A DNA stretch of 64,000 nucleotides, taken from the IMG/VR virus record IMGVR_UViG_3300037067_002413, positions 32,001 through 96,000 of that record. One strand, 5' to 3'. The notes beneath the pieces were generated by a model that was given only the letters and a program-made list of their open reading frames with translations, was not told the DNA's origin and ran no database searches. Within the stretch, counting starts at the first letter, position 1; each line of letters opens with the position of its first letter. The DNA is from a virus (lineage: Duplodnaviria > Caudoviricetes). Positions 20,787 to 29,766 of the stretch are shown piece after piece. Both the position numbers and the translations under genes were made by a program.

Positions 20787-20831
20787 TGACCAAATTGCAA
20801 AAATCTGCGCAACCTTATAGGTACAGAAAGA
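20787..20831 (+). promoter_or_regulatory. Rightward copy of divergent regulatory repeat
   Basis: TGACCA-N8-AAATCTGCGCAACCTTATAGG-TACAGAAAGA; 21-bp core identical to leftward copy. Confidence 0.65.
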
Positions 20832-20842
20832 AAGGATTTTGC

Positions 20843-21706
20843 ATGGACGATAAGGTCGAGTTCTTGCCGACCCAAGTCCTGCGAGAACCCAAGGTCAAGT
20901 TGCGAGAAGTGAATCGGGAGAGCCTAGAATACCTGGAGATGCGTGACAGCATCCGGGACAAGGGAATCCTCCAATCACTGCTTGTGAGGCCCCAGGGTGA
21001 CGTATACGAGATCATTGAAGGTCTCCACCGTTATACCTGTGCCAAAGAAGTTGGCCTCCAAACGCTTCCCTGCATCATCAGGGAGTGTAGCGATGATGAA
21101 GTGTTGGTCCTGCAACTCGCGGCGAATGCGATCTCGCCCGAGACCAAGTTGGCGGAATACGCCCATCAGATCAAACGACTGATGAAGCGGAATCCCGACT
21201 TGACGATCGCTCAGGTGTCGTGCCTCATCCGCAAGGCACCCGCGTGGATCGGTAAATGTCTTAACCTGGTGAACCTCCTGAACACAATTCAGGTGATGGT
21301 AGACCGGGGAGAGATTCCAGCAGAGAACGCCTACATGCTGGCCAAGATTCCCAAGTCCATGCAAAAGGACTATGTGGATCGGGCCAAGCTCATGCCGCCC
21401 AAAGAGTTCAGACCGATTGCGGCGGCCTGCGTGAAGCAGTTCACGGAGGCGGTAAAGCAGGGAAAGATGGACGCCTTCTACTCGGATAAGTTCGAGCCGG
21501 TGGCCCATCTGAGATCGTTGAAGGAGATTGAGGCGATGAACGTGCAAGCACTCGTCTGTACGAGCGAGGGATGTAAGACGGTGCTTGACGGTTTCAATGC
21601 GGGCCTGCGTTGGGTCTGCCATCTCGATCGCCAGAGTGTGAGAGAGCAAGAGGATGCAATACGCCAGCAGCGGGAAAGGCAGGTGCTTGATGTGCAATTA
21701 GAATGA
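20843..21706 (+). CDS. ParB/Srx-domain protein 1
   Basis: SIRDKGILQSLLVR...YEIIEGLHRY motif followed by HTH; ATG 20843 after AAGGA. Confidence 0.85.
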   Translation: MDDKVEFLPTQVLREPKVKLREVNRESLEYLEMRDSIRDKGILQSLLVRPQGDVYEIIEGLHRYTCAKEVGLQTLPCIIRECSDDEVLVLQLAANAISPETKLAEYAHQIKRLMKRNPDLTIAQVSCLIRKAPAWIGKCLNLVNLLNTIQVMVDRGEIPAENAYMLAKIPKSMQKDYVDRAKLMPPKEFRPIAAACVKQFTEAVKQGKMDAFYSDKFEPVAHLRSLKEIEAMNVQALVCTSEGCKTVLDGFNAGLRWVCHLDRQSVREQEDAIRQQRERQVLDVQLE

Positions 21707-21764
21707 CTGAATCATTTTGTTAGATAAAGATTTCCAATTCCAATTTTAATTTCAAGAGTATTTT

Positions 21765-22508
21765 ATGAGTAACGCTTTGCAAACCGTCGATCTCAACCAG
21801 CTTCCTTCCACCCAACTCGGCACTGACGAACAGTTCGAGCAGATGTCTAGGAGCACCGGCTTCCTTGGACGCCTTCAACTGTTCACCAAGGGTAACGCCA
21901 TCGACGAGGGCTTGATTCCTCCGGGCACCTATGGTATTCCCGAGTCGGACAAGAAGATCATCAAACTCGGAAATTCGGTTGACATTCTTCCGTTGGCTCG
22001 TCGCCTCAAGGCACTCGATCTGAGTGACAAACAAGCGATCGTCGATAATTACGACGCCAAGTCCGATACCTTCAAGGACATCGCTGCTCGCAGCGAAGAG
22101 ACCAACTCGAACTGCATGTACGGCACCAGTTTCCTGGTGTTGGAGAAGAGCACCGGCCGGTTCCTCGAATTCTTCTGCGGGACCAAGAGCACCCGACCGA
22201 TCGCCGGCGACATCGCCGTCTACATGACCGTGACCCAAGCGGACATCGACCGCAAGAAGGCTGCCGGCGCGGACGTGTCGAAAATGGAGCCTCATGGAGT
22301 TCAGCCCTGCACATTGAAGGTGCGGTTGGCCAAGAACAAGCGCGGTAATTCGTGGCACGTTCCCGATGTGCAACCCTGCACGTCTCCGTTCATCAATCTT
22401 CCGTCGATCGAATCCATCGTCGATGAAGTCAAAAAGTTCCTCGCTGAAAAGAACGGCGGCGTTGAGGTTGTGCCGGAAGATACGACTAAGAAGGCTCGCG
22501 CCCATTAG
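21765..22508 (+). CDS. Hypothetical replication protein, possibly ssDNA-binding
   Basis: Strong codon bias; KNKRGNSWHVP beta-hairpin motif seen in phage SSB-like proteins. Confidence 0.4.
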   Translation: MSNALQTVDLNQLPSTQLGTDEQFEQMSRSTGFLGRLQLFTKGNAIDEGLIPPGTYGIPESDKKIIKLGNSVDILPLARRLKALDLSDKQAIVDNYDAKSDTFKDIAARSEETNSNCMYGTSFLVLEKSTGRFLEFFCGTKSTRPIAGDIAVYMTVTQADIDRKKAAGADVSKMEPHGVQPCTLKVRLAKNKRGNSWHVPDVQPCTSPFINLPSIESIVDEVKKFLAEKNGGVEVVPEDTTKKARAH

Positions 22509-22589
22509 TCCGAAGTTTGTCCACTACCAACGGTAGTTGGACCTGCAAAGGCTTATCGCTGAGCCAGCCTGGCAAATCAGCGAAGCTCT

Positions 22590-22720
22590 AGTGACGCCTG
22601 ACCCGAGGAGCAAGGTCTGCCCGTGGGAAGCTGGTATAGGTGTGCCACGGCCTCAATCACAGGATTAGATTCAAGCGGGCTGTAACCCGCGTGGTGAAGG
22701 GGATTCCAGCAGGCGTCATT
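22590..22720 (+). ncRNA. Unassigned structured intergenic RNA
   Basis: AGTGACGCCTG / CAGGCGTCATT closing stem enclosing CCGTGG/CCACGG, AATC/GATT and GCGGG/CCCGC hairpins. Confidence 0.45.
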
Positions 22721-22747
22721 CATTTTCTTGTTATTTGGAGAAATATC

Positions 22748-22903
22748 ATGCGATACCTTTTACTTTTGTTCGTGCTGCTGAGTGGTTGTCAGGCTGCTCT
22801 CGATACGAGACCGCCGCAACAGCAACAGCAATATGCGCAGCCGCAATATCAACAGCAACAGCAATTGCGATTCGATCCGTACACGGGTCAACTACTCCGT
22901 TAA
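22748..22903 (+). CDS. Small Gln-rich lipoprotein
   Basis: GGAGA RBS; MRYLLLLFVLLSGC lipobox. Confidence 0.65.
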   Translation: MRYLLLLFVLLSGCQAALDTRPPQQQQQYAQPQYQQQQQLRFDPYTGQLLR

Positions 22904-23105
22904 TCACACTCGCCGCGCCGCTCTCACGTAAAGTGATGACGCGCATAATGGGCGAGTTTCACGAGAGTCGCTGAGGGTGGTCGCCCACATTTCGGTAATA
23001 GGCGATCCAGGGTGGGAATCATTATTCAAGGGCGTGTGGACTAGCGGAGATACTACCGACGCCAGCGAAACACGCAGTAAGCGACTTTCACTTTTTGGAG
23101 CATTT

Positions 23106-23333
23106 ATGCGAAACCTAGACGAAGAGTTTATTTCGGAAGTTATTCCGTCTGACCTGCTTGAAAGTGTCATTGCGTGGATTCAGGAGAACATGAACCCGCG
23201 CGACGTGTTCGAGGAAGAGACAATCTTTGATTGGTGCAAGGAGAATGTAACTGACGTGGAAGATGTTTGTCCAGAACGCCTTTTGGACCTTTGGGCAGAG
23301 AACAACGGCCTCGGATACGTGGGGGAAGAATGA
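23106..23333 (+). CDS. Acidic hypothetical protein
   Basis: ATG 23106 after GGAG; overlaps next start (ATGA). Confidence 0.6.
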   Translation: MRNLDEEFISEVIPSDLLESVIAWIQENMNPRDVFEEETIFDWCKENVTDVEDVCPERLLDLWAENNGLGYVGEE

Positions 23334-23566
23334 AACTCTGGCTGTTACGACCTGTTAGTACGGAATCCGCACCTTGGCAACCTTGGTATGACCGGGTATT
23401 CGGATTCGTAGTTTGTGCCATCGACGAGCAGACTGCTCGTACCTTGGCTGCATCTGATGCTGAAAATGAAGGCTCGGATGCTTGGATTGATCCTGCAATG
23501 TCCTCCTGCACGGAGTTATTGCCAGGAGAAGAAGGGATTATTTTACGGGACTTCGCTGCCGCGTAA
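23330..23566 (+). CDS. Hypothetical phage protein
   Basis: MKLWLLRP...PWYD...GFVVCA; coupled start. Confidence 0.6.
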   Translation: MKLWLLRPVSTESAPWQPWYDRVFGFVVCAIDEQTARTLAASDAENEGSDAWIDPAMSSCTELLPGEEGIILRDFAAA

Positions 23567-23574
23567 GGGACATT

Positions 23575-23880
23575 ATGAAATTCGTGAATTGTCGAATCAT
23601 CCTCTATGAAGGGAACTGGGAAAAGACACTTTCCGAGGATGCTATCCATCTTCTGATGAAACGAACATTTCCAGAAACAGGCGAATGTTCCCTAGACTCT
23701 TTGGATTTCGTGAAACCTGACGAAGATGTTGCTTTCGAGATCGAAGCCGGAATAGTTACCGACTGGTCTGACAAAGAGAACGTCAGCGACAGGATCATTG
23801 AAAAGGTGCTTGCTCATTTCGAGCCTGAATACGAAACCATGATTGAAGTTGAAGTCTGGGAGACTGATGATGCCTGTTGA
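23575..23880 (+). CDS. Acidic hypothetical protein
   Basis: AAGGGA RBS; operon packing. Confidence 0.55.
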   Translation: MKFVNCRIILYEGNWEKTLSEDAIHLLMKRTFPETGECSLDSLDFVKPDEDVAFEIEAGIVTDWSDKENVSDRIIEKVLAHFEPEYETMIEVEVWETDDAC

Positions 23881-24391
23881 AGCCGTACTCATTACTGGGC
23901 CAGCAATTGATTTCGCTTCCCTGGTAAGTCTCACGCACGAAGCGTTGGGGTATAGCATTGCCAGTGCTGCCGACTCCAGTCACCGAAAAATGGTTGATGC
24001 CGAAAAGTTCCTTTCCTGTTTGGCATCGTTCAAGGAGGAAGGCGGCGAGATTACGCCCAACCTATTGTCGCATGTTTCGTTTAGCGTCCTCGTGATTGCT
24101 GACGAACACGATCTATTTGATATTGTGGATCAAACATCCGGTATGTCGTGCGTTCGAGCAGAGACAAGGATTCCCAACGTCAATGTAGCCGTCCTTACCG
24201 GAACTCTCGCCCAATGGCGAGATGCCGTGGCTTCTGGGACTAACGAAGTCTCACCGCCAACGGTTCGTACCTGTTATTCCAAAATCCTTCTGCTGTTTGA
24301 TCGTGCCGGCTTGACCTCCGTGTGGAGCAACTTCGAGCGGACTACGGCACCTGATCGCAGCGGTTTCCTACTTGAATACCACCATGCCTGA
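23867..24391 (+). CDS. ThyX-fold-like protein, apparently degenerate
   Basis: LLSHVSFSVLV and VLTGTLAQWR resemble ThyX segments; RHRxxSxxxxSxR motif absent. Confidence 0.4.
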   Translation: MMPVEAVLITGPAIDFASLVSLTHEALGYSIASAADSSHRKMVDAEKFLSCLASFKEEGGEITPNLLSHVSFSVLVIADEHDLFDIVDQTSGMSCVRAETRIPNVNVAVLTGTLAQWRDAVASGTNEVSPPTVRTCYSKILLLFDRAGLTSVWSNFERTTAPDRSGFLLEYHHA

Positions 24392-26387
24392 TATTGTTGA
24401 ATGCAAACTTACGACTCGCACGACCAACGGCAAACTGATTCGTTCGGCTGCCACCTTGGAATACAAGAGCGGTCGCATCTGGTTCCTAAAATCGCCCTTC
24501 TCGTTGAAAGATGAGATCAAGGCAATGAAGGGATCGCGCTGGCACGGGCGCGATGATGACGACGATGGACGCAAGATATGGTCGATAGAGGACTGCCCAA
24601 GAAATCGTTTCCAACTTGGATTCCTCATGGGCGAGGATGTCTACGCCTGGTTCGATCGTGATCTCATTAAGCACGAGTATTCGGCAACGCTGAATGGCGA
24701 ACCAACGCTATTGATGCCTCACCAATGCGATATGGCTGATAGTGGATTAACGTACCACTACCAGTTGTGGGCGGCGGAAATGGGCACGGGGAAGACACTT
24801 TCAGCCCAGAAGGTTATCGAAAAAAGCGGCGTCCTTAATTGGTTGTGGGTTGGACCAAAAGCGTCCTTGCCAAACATCAAGCGTGAATTCGCCAAGTGGG
24901 GTTTTGACTTTAGCGGTCCAATCCGAGTTGAATTCATTAGCTATGAAGAATTGACTCGGCGGGTTGACGAATGGCAGCCCGGCACGGAACTTCCGAAGGG
25001 CGTTATCTTCGACGAATCCAGCCGGCTCAAGGGCGATACAAGTCAACGAACGCAGGCTGCCCAACGCCTGGCGGATTGGATTCGTGAGAAGTATGGCTTC
25101 GAGGGTTTTGCGATCGAAATGAGCGGCACGCCGTCGCCGAAGACTCCGTTGGATTGGTGGAGTCAGTGCGAGATTGCCTGGCCTGGTTTCCTCCGAGAAG
25201 GAAGTCGAAGGGCACTCGAACAGCGGTGCGGTTTCGTCGTCATGCAACAATTCGATGCAGGCATGTACCCGAAGCGAATTGGTTGGAAGGACGATGAACG
25301 GAAGTGTCGGCATTGCGGCGCAATGGAAGCGGAAGGTCCGCACGAACTTGACGGCATCGTTGATCCTGACGAATACCACGAGTTTCAGCCCAGCGTCAAT
25401 GAAGTGGCTTATATCTACGAGCGACTCAAGGGTCTCGTAGTCATCAAGCACAAGAAGGACTGTCTCAATCTTCCTGATAAGAGATACCGCAAAATTATCT
25501 GCAAACCCAATCCCAGCGTGTTGCGGGTGGCTCAGGCGATTGCGGAAACCGCTCCCAATACGATTACGGGTTTGACTTTGCTTCGTGAATTGAGCGATGG
25601 CTTCCAGTATCGGGATGTGGAAGATGGCGAAGTTCGCTGCCCTTATTGTCCCGATAGTTGCGGCGAGGTCGCGGAATGGTTTGACCCTAATGATGATGAC
25701 GCTACCTATAGCATCATCGACATGCTCAGTCCTGAATTCGCCGCAACGCTCCAGAAACGAATGGTTCCTTGCCCGAGATGCGACGGCGATAAGACGGTTC
25801 CGAAGATCGTTCGAGTAACTAAAGAAATCGCCTGCCCGAAAGAAAAGGCACTGAAACTGTTGCTTGACGAGTGCGAGGAAAATGGACGAATCGTTATCTT
25901 TGCCGGTTTCACGGGCAGCGTCGATCGAATCAAGAATATCTGCCACAAGGATGGATGGTCGGTTCTCCGAGTCGATGGTCGAGGCTATGAAGTCACCGAT
26001 CGTGAAGGCAACATCATCACGAATGACGGTGAAGAAGCCCTGGAGTTCTGGGCAGACCGTGACAATCAAAGAGTCGCATTTGATTCGCATCCAGAATCCG
26101 GCGGCATGAGTTTGACATTGGTTGAAGCCAGAATGGCCGTCTACTGGTCCAACAGTTTCAAGCCGGAGTATCGTGCTCAATCCGAAGATCGAATTCATCG
26201 CAAAGGAATGGACGAAAATCTGGGTTGCGACATCGTTGACCTGATCCATCTGCCAACGGATTCCCGCGTATTGGAAGTCATCCAAGCCAATCGCAAATTG
26301 GAATTGATGACGATGGGCGAATTCAGTGATGCGCTTGATGAAGAGGGCAGCGAAGATGGAACGATCATCGAAGAGCTAGTGTCTTAA
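24384..26387 (+). CDS. SNF2-family helicase with Zn-finger insertions
   Basis: EMGTGKT, DESS, MSGTP, QSEDRIHRKG motifs. Confidence 0.9.
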   Translation: MPDIVECKLTTRTTNGKLIRSAATLEYKSGRIWFLKSPFSLKDEIKAMKGSRWHGRDDDDDGRKIWSIEDCPRNRFQLGFLMGEDVYAWFDRDLIKHEYSATLNGEPTLLMPHQCDMADSGLTYHYQLWAAEMGTGKTLSAQKVIEKSGVLNWLWVGPKASLPNIKREFAKWGFDFSGPIRVEFISYEELTRRVDEWQPGTELPKGVIFDESSRLKGDTSQRTQAAQRLADWIREKYGFEGFAIEMSGTPSPKTPLDWWSQCEIAWPGFLREGSRRALEQRCGFVVMQQFDAGMYPKRIGWKDDERKCRHCGAMEAEGPHELDGIVDPDEYHEFQPSVNEVAYIYERLKGLVVIKHKKDCLNLPDKRYRKIICKPNPSVLRVAQAIAETAPNTITGLTLLRELSDGFQYRDVEDGEVRCPYCPDSCGEVAEWFDPNDDDATYSIIDMLSPEFAATLQKRMVPCPRCDGDKTVPKIVRVTKEIACPKEKALKLLLDECEENGRIVIFAGFTGSVDRIKNICHKDGWSVLRVDGRGYEVTDREGNIITNDGEEALEFWADRDNQRVAFDSHPESGGMSLTLVEARMAVYWSNSFKPEYRAQSEDRIHRKGMDENLGCDIVDLIHLPTDSRVLEVIQANRKLELMTMGEFSDALDEEGSEDGTIIEELVS

Positions 26388-26409
26388 TTCTGAAAGGTTT
26401 CTAAAATAT

Positions 26410-27732
26410 ATGAGCATGAGTAAGATCAGCCTCGCTAAGGCTGCGCGTATCAAGGCTGACATTGGCAGCGGAGAAATGACGCAGACAGCAATTGCGAAGA
26501 AGTATAAAGTCAGCCGTTCGTTAGTCAGCAACATCGCTACTGGACGTGTCCATAAAGATGTCCCTTGGCTTAACGGCGAACCCGTTCCTAAGAGGGCGGG
26601 TGGGCAAAGGAAGAAGCTCGAAGAGCACGATCCAACCAACAAGCGAATCTTGGAACTTGAGGCTGAGGTTATTCATCTGACAGAGGAACGCAACAGAGAA
26701 CGAGTCAAAGTCAAGGCCAGCGCAAAGACCGAAGGTTTGTTTCGAGCCATTACTTCGGAGATGGATCAGCGTATCAGACCTTACAAGGCTCTGCCCTCTC
26801 AAGTCATCCTTCGGCCCAAAGCAAAGATCGTTGAGCATTGCGTCATGCACCTGAGCGACGGGCACCACGATCAAGTGGTCAGACCCGAGGAAGTCGGCGG
26901 GCTGGAGGATTACAATTTCCCGATCTCCTGCGCAAGAGCCGAGCGGTACGTCGATACGGTCGTCGATTGGACCCAGAACACCTTGGCTCCCAAGTTCTAC
27001 TTCCCTGTTTTGTGGGTACTCGCCTACGGTGATTTTACGAGCGGCGAAATCCACAAAGCCTGCGAGCGCAGCTATTATAGGAATCAGTTCAAGAACTGCC
27101 TGGCGATCGGTCAACTTCACGCCTTGATGTACCGCGACTTGGCGGCGCATTTTGCACAAGTCAACGTATTGTATCTGGCCGGCAACCACGGTCGTCGGAC
27201 GCCAAAGAAGGACTACCTGGGTGCCCATGACAACTGGGATTACCTGGTTGGTGAGGTTGCGAGATTGCATTGTCGTGGCCTGAACAACGTCTACTTCACG
27301 ATCCCGGATGCGTGGAGTGCAAACATCAACATCAATGGCGTTGGGTTCAACGTCTCGCATGGAGACGACGTGCGAAGCAATCTCGGCATTCCGTGGTACG
27401 GGATGGTGAGAAGGCAGAAGGGGTTGATCGCTTTAGGAGCGGCGGCCGGTGCTCAACGGTGTCGTTATTTCTGTTGTGGACACCATCATGCTGCCGCCAC
27501 ACTTTCTGACGTTGATGGTGAATTACTTGTCAACGGAAGTTGGCTTGGAACTGATGCCTTTGCCTACAATTCGTTGTCTGGCTATCGAGAGCCGGCACAA
27601 TGGTTTCACGGCGTCAACCCAAAACATGGTTTGACGTGGCGAATGAATGTGAAGTTGCGGCATGAATCTGAAAAGGCTGGACCGCAACGATATATCATCG
27701 ACGGCGGTCGTGATATTGGTCCTCTCAGATAA
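26410..27732 (+). CDS. HTH + calcineurin-like metallophosphoesterase
   Basis: SDGH, GD, GNHG, HGD, GHHH motifs; N-terminal HTH. Confidence 0.85.
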   Translation: MSMSKISLAKAARIKADIGSGEMTQTAIAKKYKVSRSLVSNIATGRVHKDVPWLNGEPVPKRAGGQRKKLEEHDPTNKRILELEAEVIHLTEERNRERVKVKASAKTEGLFRAITSEMDQRIRPYKALPSQVILRPKAKIVEHCVMHLSDGHHDQVVRPEEVGGLEDYNFPISCARAERYVDTVVDWTQNTLAPKFYFPVLWVLAYGDFTSGEIHKACERSYYRNQFKNCLAIGQLHALMYRDLAAHFAQVNVLYLAGNHGRRTPKKDYLGAHDNWDYLVGEVARLHCRGLNNVYFTIPDAWSANININGVGFNVSHGDDVRSNLGIPWYGMVRRQKGLIALGAAAGAQRCRYFCCGHHHAAATLSDVDGELLVNGSWLGTDAFAYNSLSGYREPAQWFHGVNPKHGLTWRMNVKLRHESEKAGPQRYIIDGGRDIGPLR

Positions 27733-27864
27733 CAATTAGCACAAATGTCAGGTGTCCAATTATCCCCCGGTAGGGACTCAAATGGGAGCGACCGTAAGGT
27801 GCCAATGCCCGTAGGTTGGGGAACTACACAGCCTGACTCAACATTATTTCCTCTGGAGAATTGA

Positions 27865-28149
27865 ATGCCTTCATTTCGTGCGAAACCTGTAGTCATAACT
27901 GCTGAACGTCTCATTAAACCGTTGATTATCCAAACCCTTGAGGGTGACATGCAGGGTAATATAGGGGACTGGCTTATCAAAGGAACCAACGGCGAATTCT
28001 ATCCATGCAAGGATGATATATTTCGTAAAAAATATGAACCAATCGACAAGGACGGCGTTCACGCTTTGACGGCTACGGGTCCAGGAGAAGAGTATGATGG
28101 ACCCGCGACTATATCGTTTCCTGTTCGCAATGCAGTGGAGTTAAAATAA
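27865..28149 (+). CDS. Hypothetical phage protein (PGDYG-like)
   Basis: IQTLEGDM...[25 protein letters not shown]. Confidence 0.7.
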   Translation: MPSFRAKPVVITAERLIKPLIIQTLEGDMQGNIGDWLIKGTNGEFYPCKDDIFRKKYEPIDKDGVHALTATGPGEEYDGPATISFPVRNAVELK

Positions 28150-28349
28150 TGGGGTGGGCAAGTGGTTCAGAATTGGCAGAGGATGTTTGGAACGTGGTTC
28201 GTCCCCTAATACCAGGAAATAAACGAAAGAACGCTGCGGCCTCAATCGTTGAACTCTTCGAGTATTGCGACTGCGATACTTTGTATGAGGCTGAACAATT
28301 AGTCGCGGATTCTGGTTTGCCAGGATACGCTAGGGAGGATGTCGAATGA
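28149..28349 (+). CDS. Hypothetical protein
   Basis: [10 protein letters not shown]; translationally coupled. Confidence 0.6.
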   Translation: MGWASGSELAEDVWNVVRPLIPGNKRKNAAASIVELFEYCDCDTLYEAEQLVADSGLPGYAREDVE

Positions 28350-28567
28350 ATTTACCAGGAGCAAAACGGTTGACGTTTATGATGCCCAAGGAAGTGGCGG
28401 ATCAGAATACAGAAGACCTTCTCATTATGCTTGAAGGTTTTCCGATGCCAGAACCCGATGAATCAGGCATCATTCAATTCGATTTCGTTGGCAGGGATAT
28501 TTCGTTCCAGCCAATTGTCGATCGCATCATGGGTACGCCAGGCGTCAGCGTGTTTCCAGTATTTTGA
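28346..28567 (+). CDS. Hypothetical protein
   Basis: GGAGG RBS; coupled. Confidence 0.55.
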   Translation: MNLPGAKRLTFMMPKEVADQNTEDLLIMLEGFPMPEPDESGIIQFDFVGRDISFQPIVDRIMGTPGVSVFPVF

Positions 28568-28579
28568 CAAATGGAAAAT

Positions 28580-28652
28580 TGCACTGTAGTTCAGTTGGTA
28601 GAACACCGCACTGTTAATGCGATGGTCCCTGGTTCGAGTCCAGGCGGTGCAG
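28580..28652 (+). tRNA. tRNA-Asn(GTT)
   Basis: TGCACTG/CGGTGCA acceptor, GTTC/GAAC D stem, CTGTTAA anticodon loop, CCTGG-TTCGAGT-CCAGG T arm. Confidence 0.92.
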
Positions 28653-28656
28653 CTTG

Positions 28657-28721
28657 CGTCGGAAAGGATGGGGACTGCGGCTCTAGCCGTGATGGAGTGC
28701 CTCATCCGTCCGACGTTTTTT
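28657..28721 (+). terminator. Long hairpin with T-tract after tRNA-Asn
   Basis: CGTCGGA/TCCGACG plus GGATGGGG/CCTCATCC stems followed by TTTTTT. Confidence 0.5.
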
Positions 28722-28738
28722 CGTCTCCAAAGGTGACT

Positions 28739-29536
28739 ATGGAACGGCTTGCTCGATACGATGTTTATAATGTACCACTTGCTGATATTTGGATTGATCC
28801 AGATTTCAATTGCCGAAATGCCTTTACCTTCCAGTCTGTTAAGGGACTGGCGGATAACATCGAACAAACCGGACTTGAGATTCCAGTTATTCTTCAACGA
28901 CGAGAGGATAGTCAGATAGAATTTTCGGAACCATTCCGTTTGGTTGCCGGTTTTCGTCGTTTGGCAGCCGTGAAGACGTTTCTGCATTGGAATTCTATTC
29001 CTGCTAATGTTCGAGAAAACTTGAATGACCGAGCAGCAGAGATTCTAAATCTAACAGAGAATTTGGAACGCGAAGACCTCAATCCGCTGGAACAGGCACA
29101 AGCACTCACTCGTAGATTTCCGCCTGGAAGTTCGTTACGAACGATCGCTAAGGAGATGCACCGGGACGCGCATTGGGTACACCAACGCCTGCGGATTATG
29201 CAATTGCCAGAGGAGTTGCGTGAGAAGGTAGCGGCTAAGTTGCTCACACTCTTGGACGTAGACGTACTCGTGAAACTTCCACCAGAGGAGCAAATCGAGG
29301 CAGCCAAAGAAATTATTATTGCCAGAGGAAAGCGAACACGAAAACTCAACGTCAATCCGAAATTTCGGCGAAAGTTTAAGTATCGTCGTGGAAAGGAAGA
29401 GATCAATTTTAGAATTGGTCAACTGATGGAGGCGGGATTGAGTGGCCTCGTAACACGATTCGGTGCCTGGTGTGCGGGTTATATCAGTGATGACGAGTTC
29501 GATCAGGATATTTTGCAAGAAACACATAAAATATAG
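28739..29536 (+). CDS. ParB/Srx-domain protein 2
   Basis: LVAGFRRLAA, ENLEREDLNPLEQA, HTH; ATG 28739 after AAGG. Confidence 0.88.
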   Translation: MERLARYDVYNVPLADIWIDPDFNCRNAFTFQSVKGLADNIEQTGLEIPVILQRREDSQIEFSEPFRLVAGFRRLAAVKTFLHWNSIPANVRENLNDRAAEILNLTENLEREDLNPLEQAQALTRRFPPGSSLRTIAKEMHRDAHWVHQRLRIMQLPEELREKVAAKLLTLLDVDVLVKLPPEEQIEAAKEIIIARGKRTRKLNVNPKFRRKFKYRRGKEEINFRIGQLMEAGLSGLVTRFGAWCAGYISDDEFDQDILQETHKI

Positions 29537-29572
29537 ACCAGATTTCACCTATTTTTACGTCGTCCTATTAGA
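29534..29572 (+). promoter_or_regulatory. 39-bp repeated element (putative phage promoter), copy 1
   Basis: TAGACCAGATTTCACCTATTTTTACGTCGTCCTATTAGA identical to 54371-54409; ends at the first nucleotides of the Y RNA array. Confidence 0.7.
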
Positions 29573-29633
29573 GGGCCGATGTGGATGGGTTATCTTGGAA
29601 CGACTCCCCACCCGCACAAACTTGCCCTCTTTT
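29570..29633 (+). ncRNA. Y RNA 1 (free-standing)
   Basis: AGAGGGC-C-GA-TGTGGATGGG-TTATC...CCCACCCGCA-CAAAC-TT-GCCCTCT: bulged-C helix, second stem and UUAUC; upstream of Ro60. Confidence 0.85.
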
Positions 29634-29635
29634 AT

Positions 29636-29760
29636 GGATGCCGTAGTTCAGTTGGTAGAACACTAAAACCGCTGACCAACCTTTGCCCTGCAAGGGCCAA
29701 ATGGAAAGCGTTATCACCTGTTAAGTGAGAGGTCGCGGGTTCGAGTCCCGCCGGTATCCG
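29636..29760 (+). ncRNA. tRNA(Asn-derived)-Y RNA chimera A
   Basis: GGATGCCG/CGGTATCC acceptor, canonical D and T arms, CTGTTAA loop; 50-nt insert 29665-29714 folds as TTT-GCCCT/AGGGC-C-AAA...GCGTTAT(C). Confidence 0.8.
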
Positions 29761-29766
29761 TTTTAT

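Noticed and set aside
28571-28738. N-terminal extension of ParB protein 2
   Set aside because: It runs through tRNA-Asn and a hairpin; the probable start is 28739
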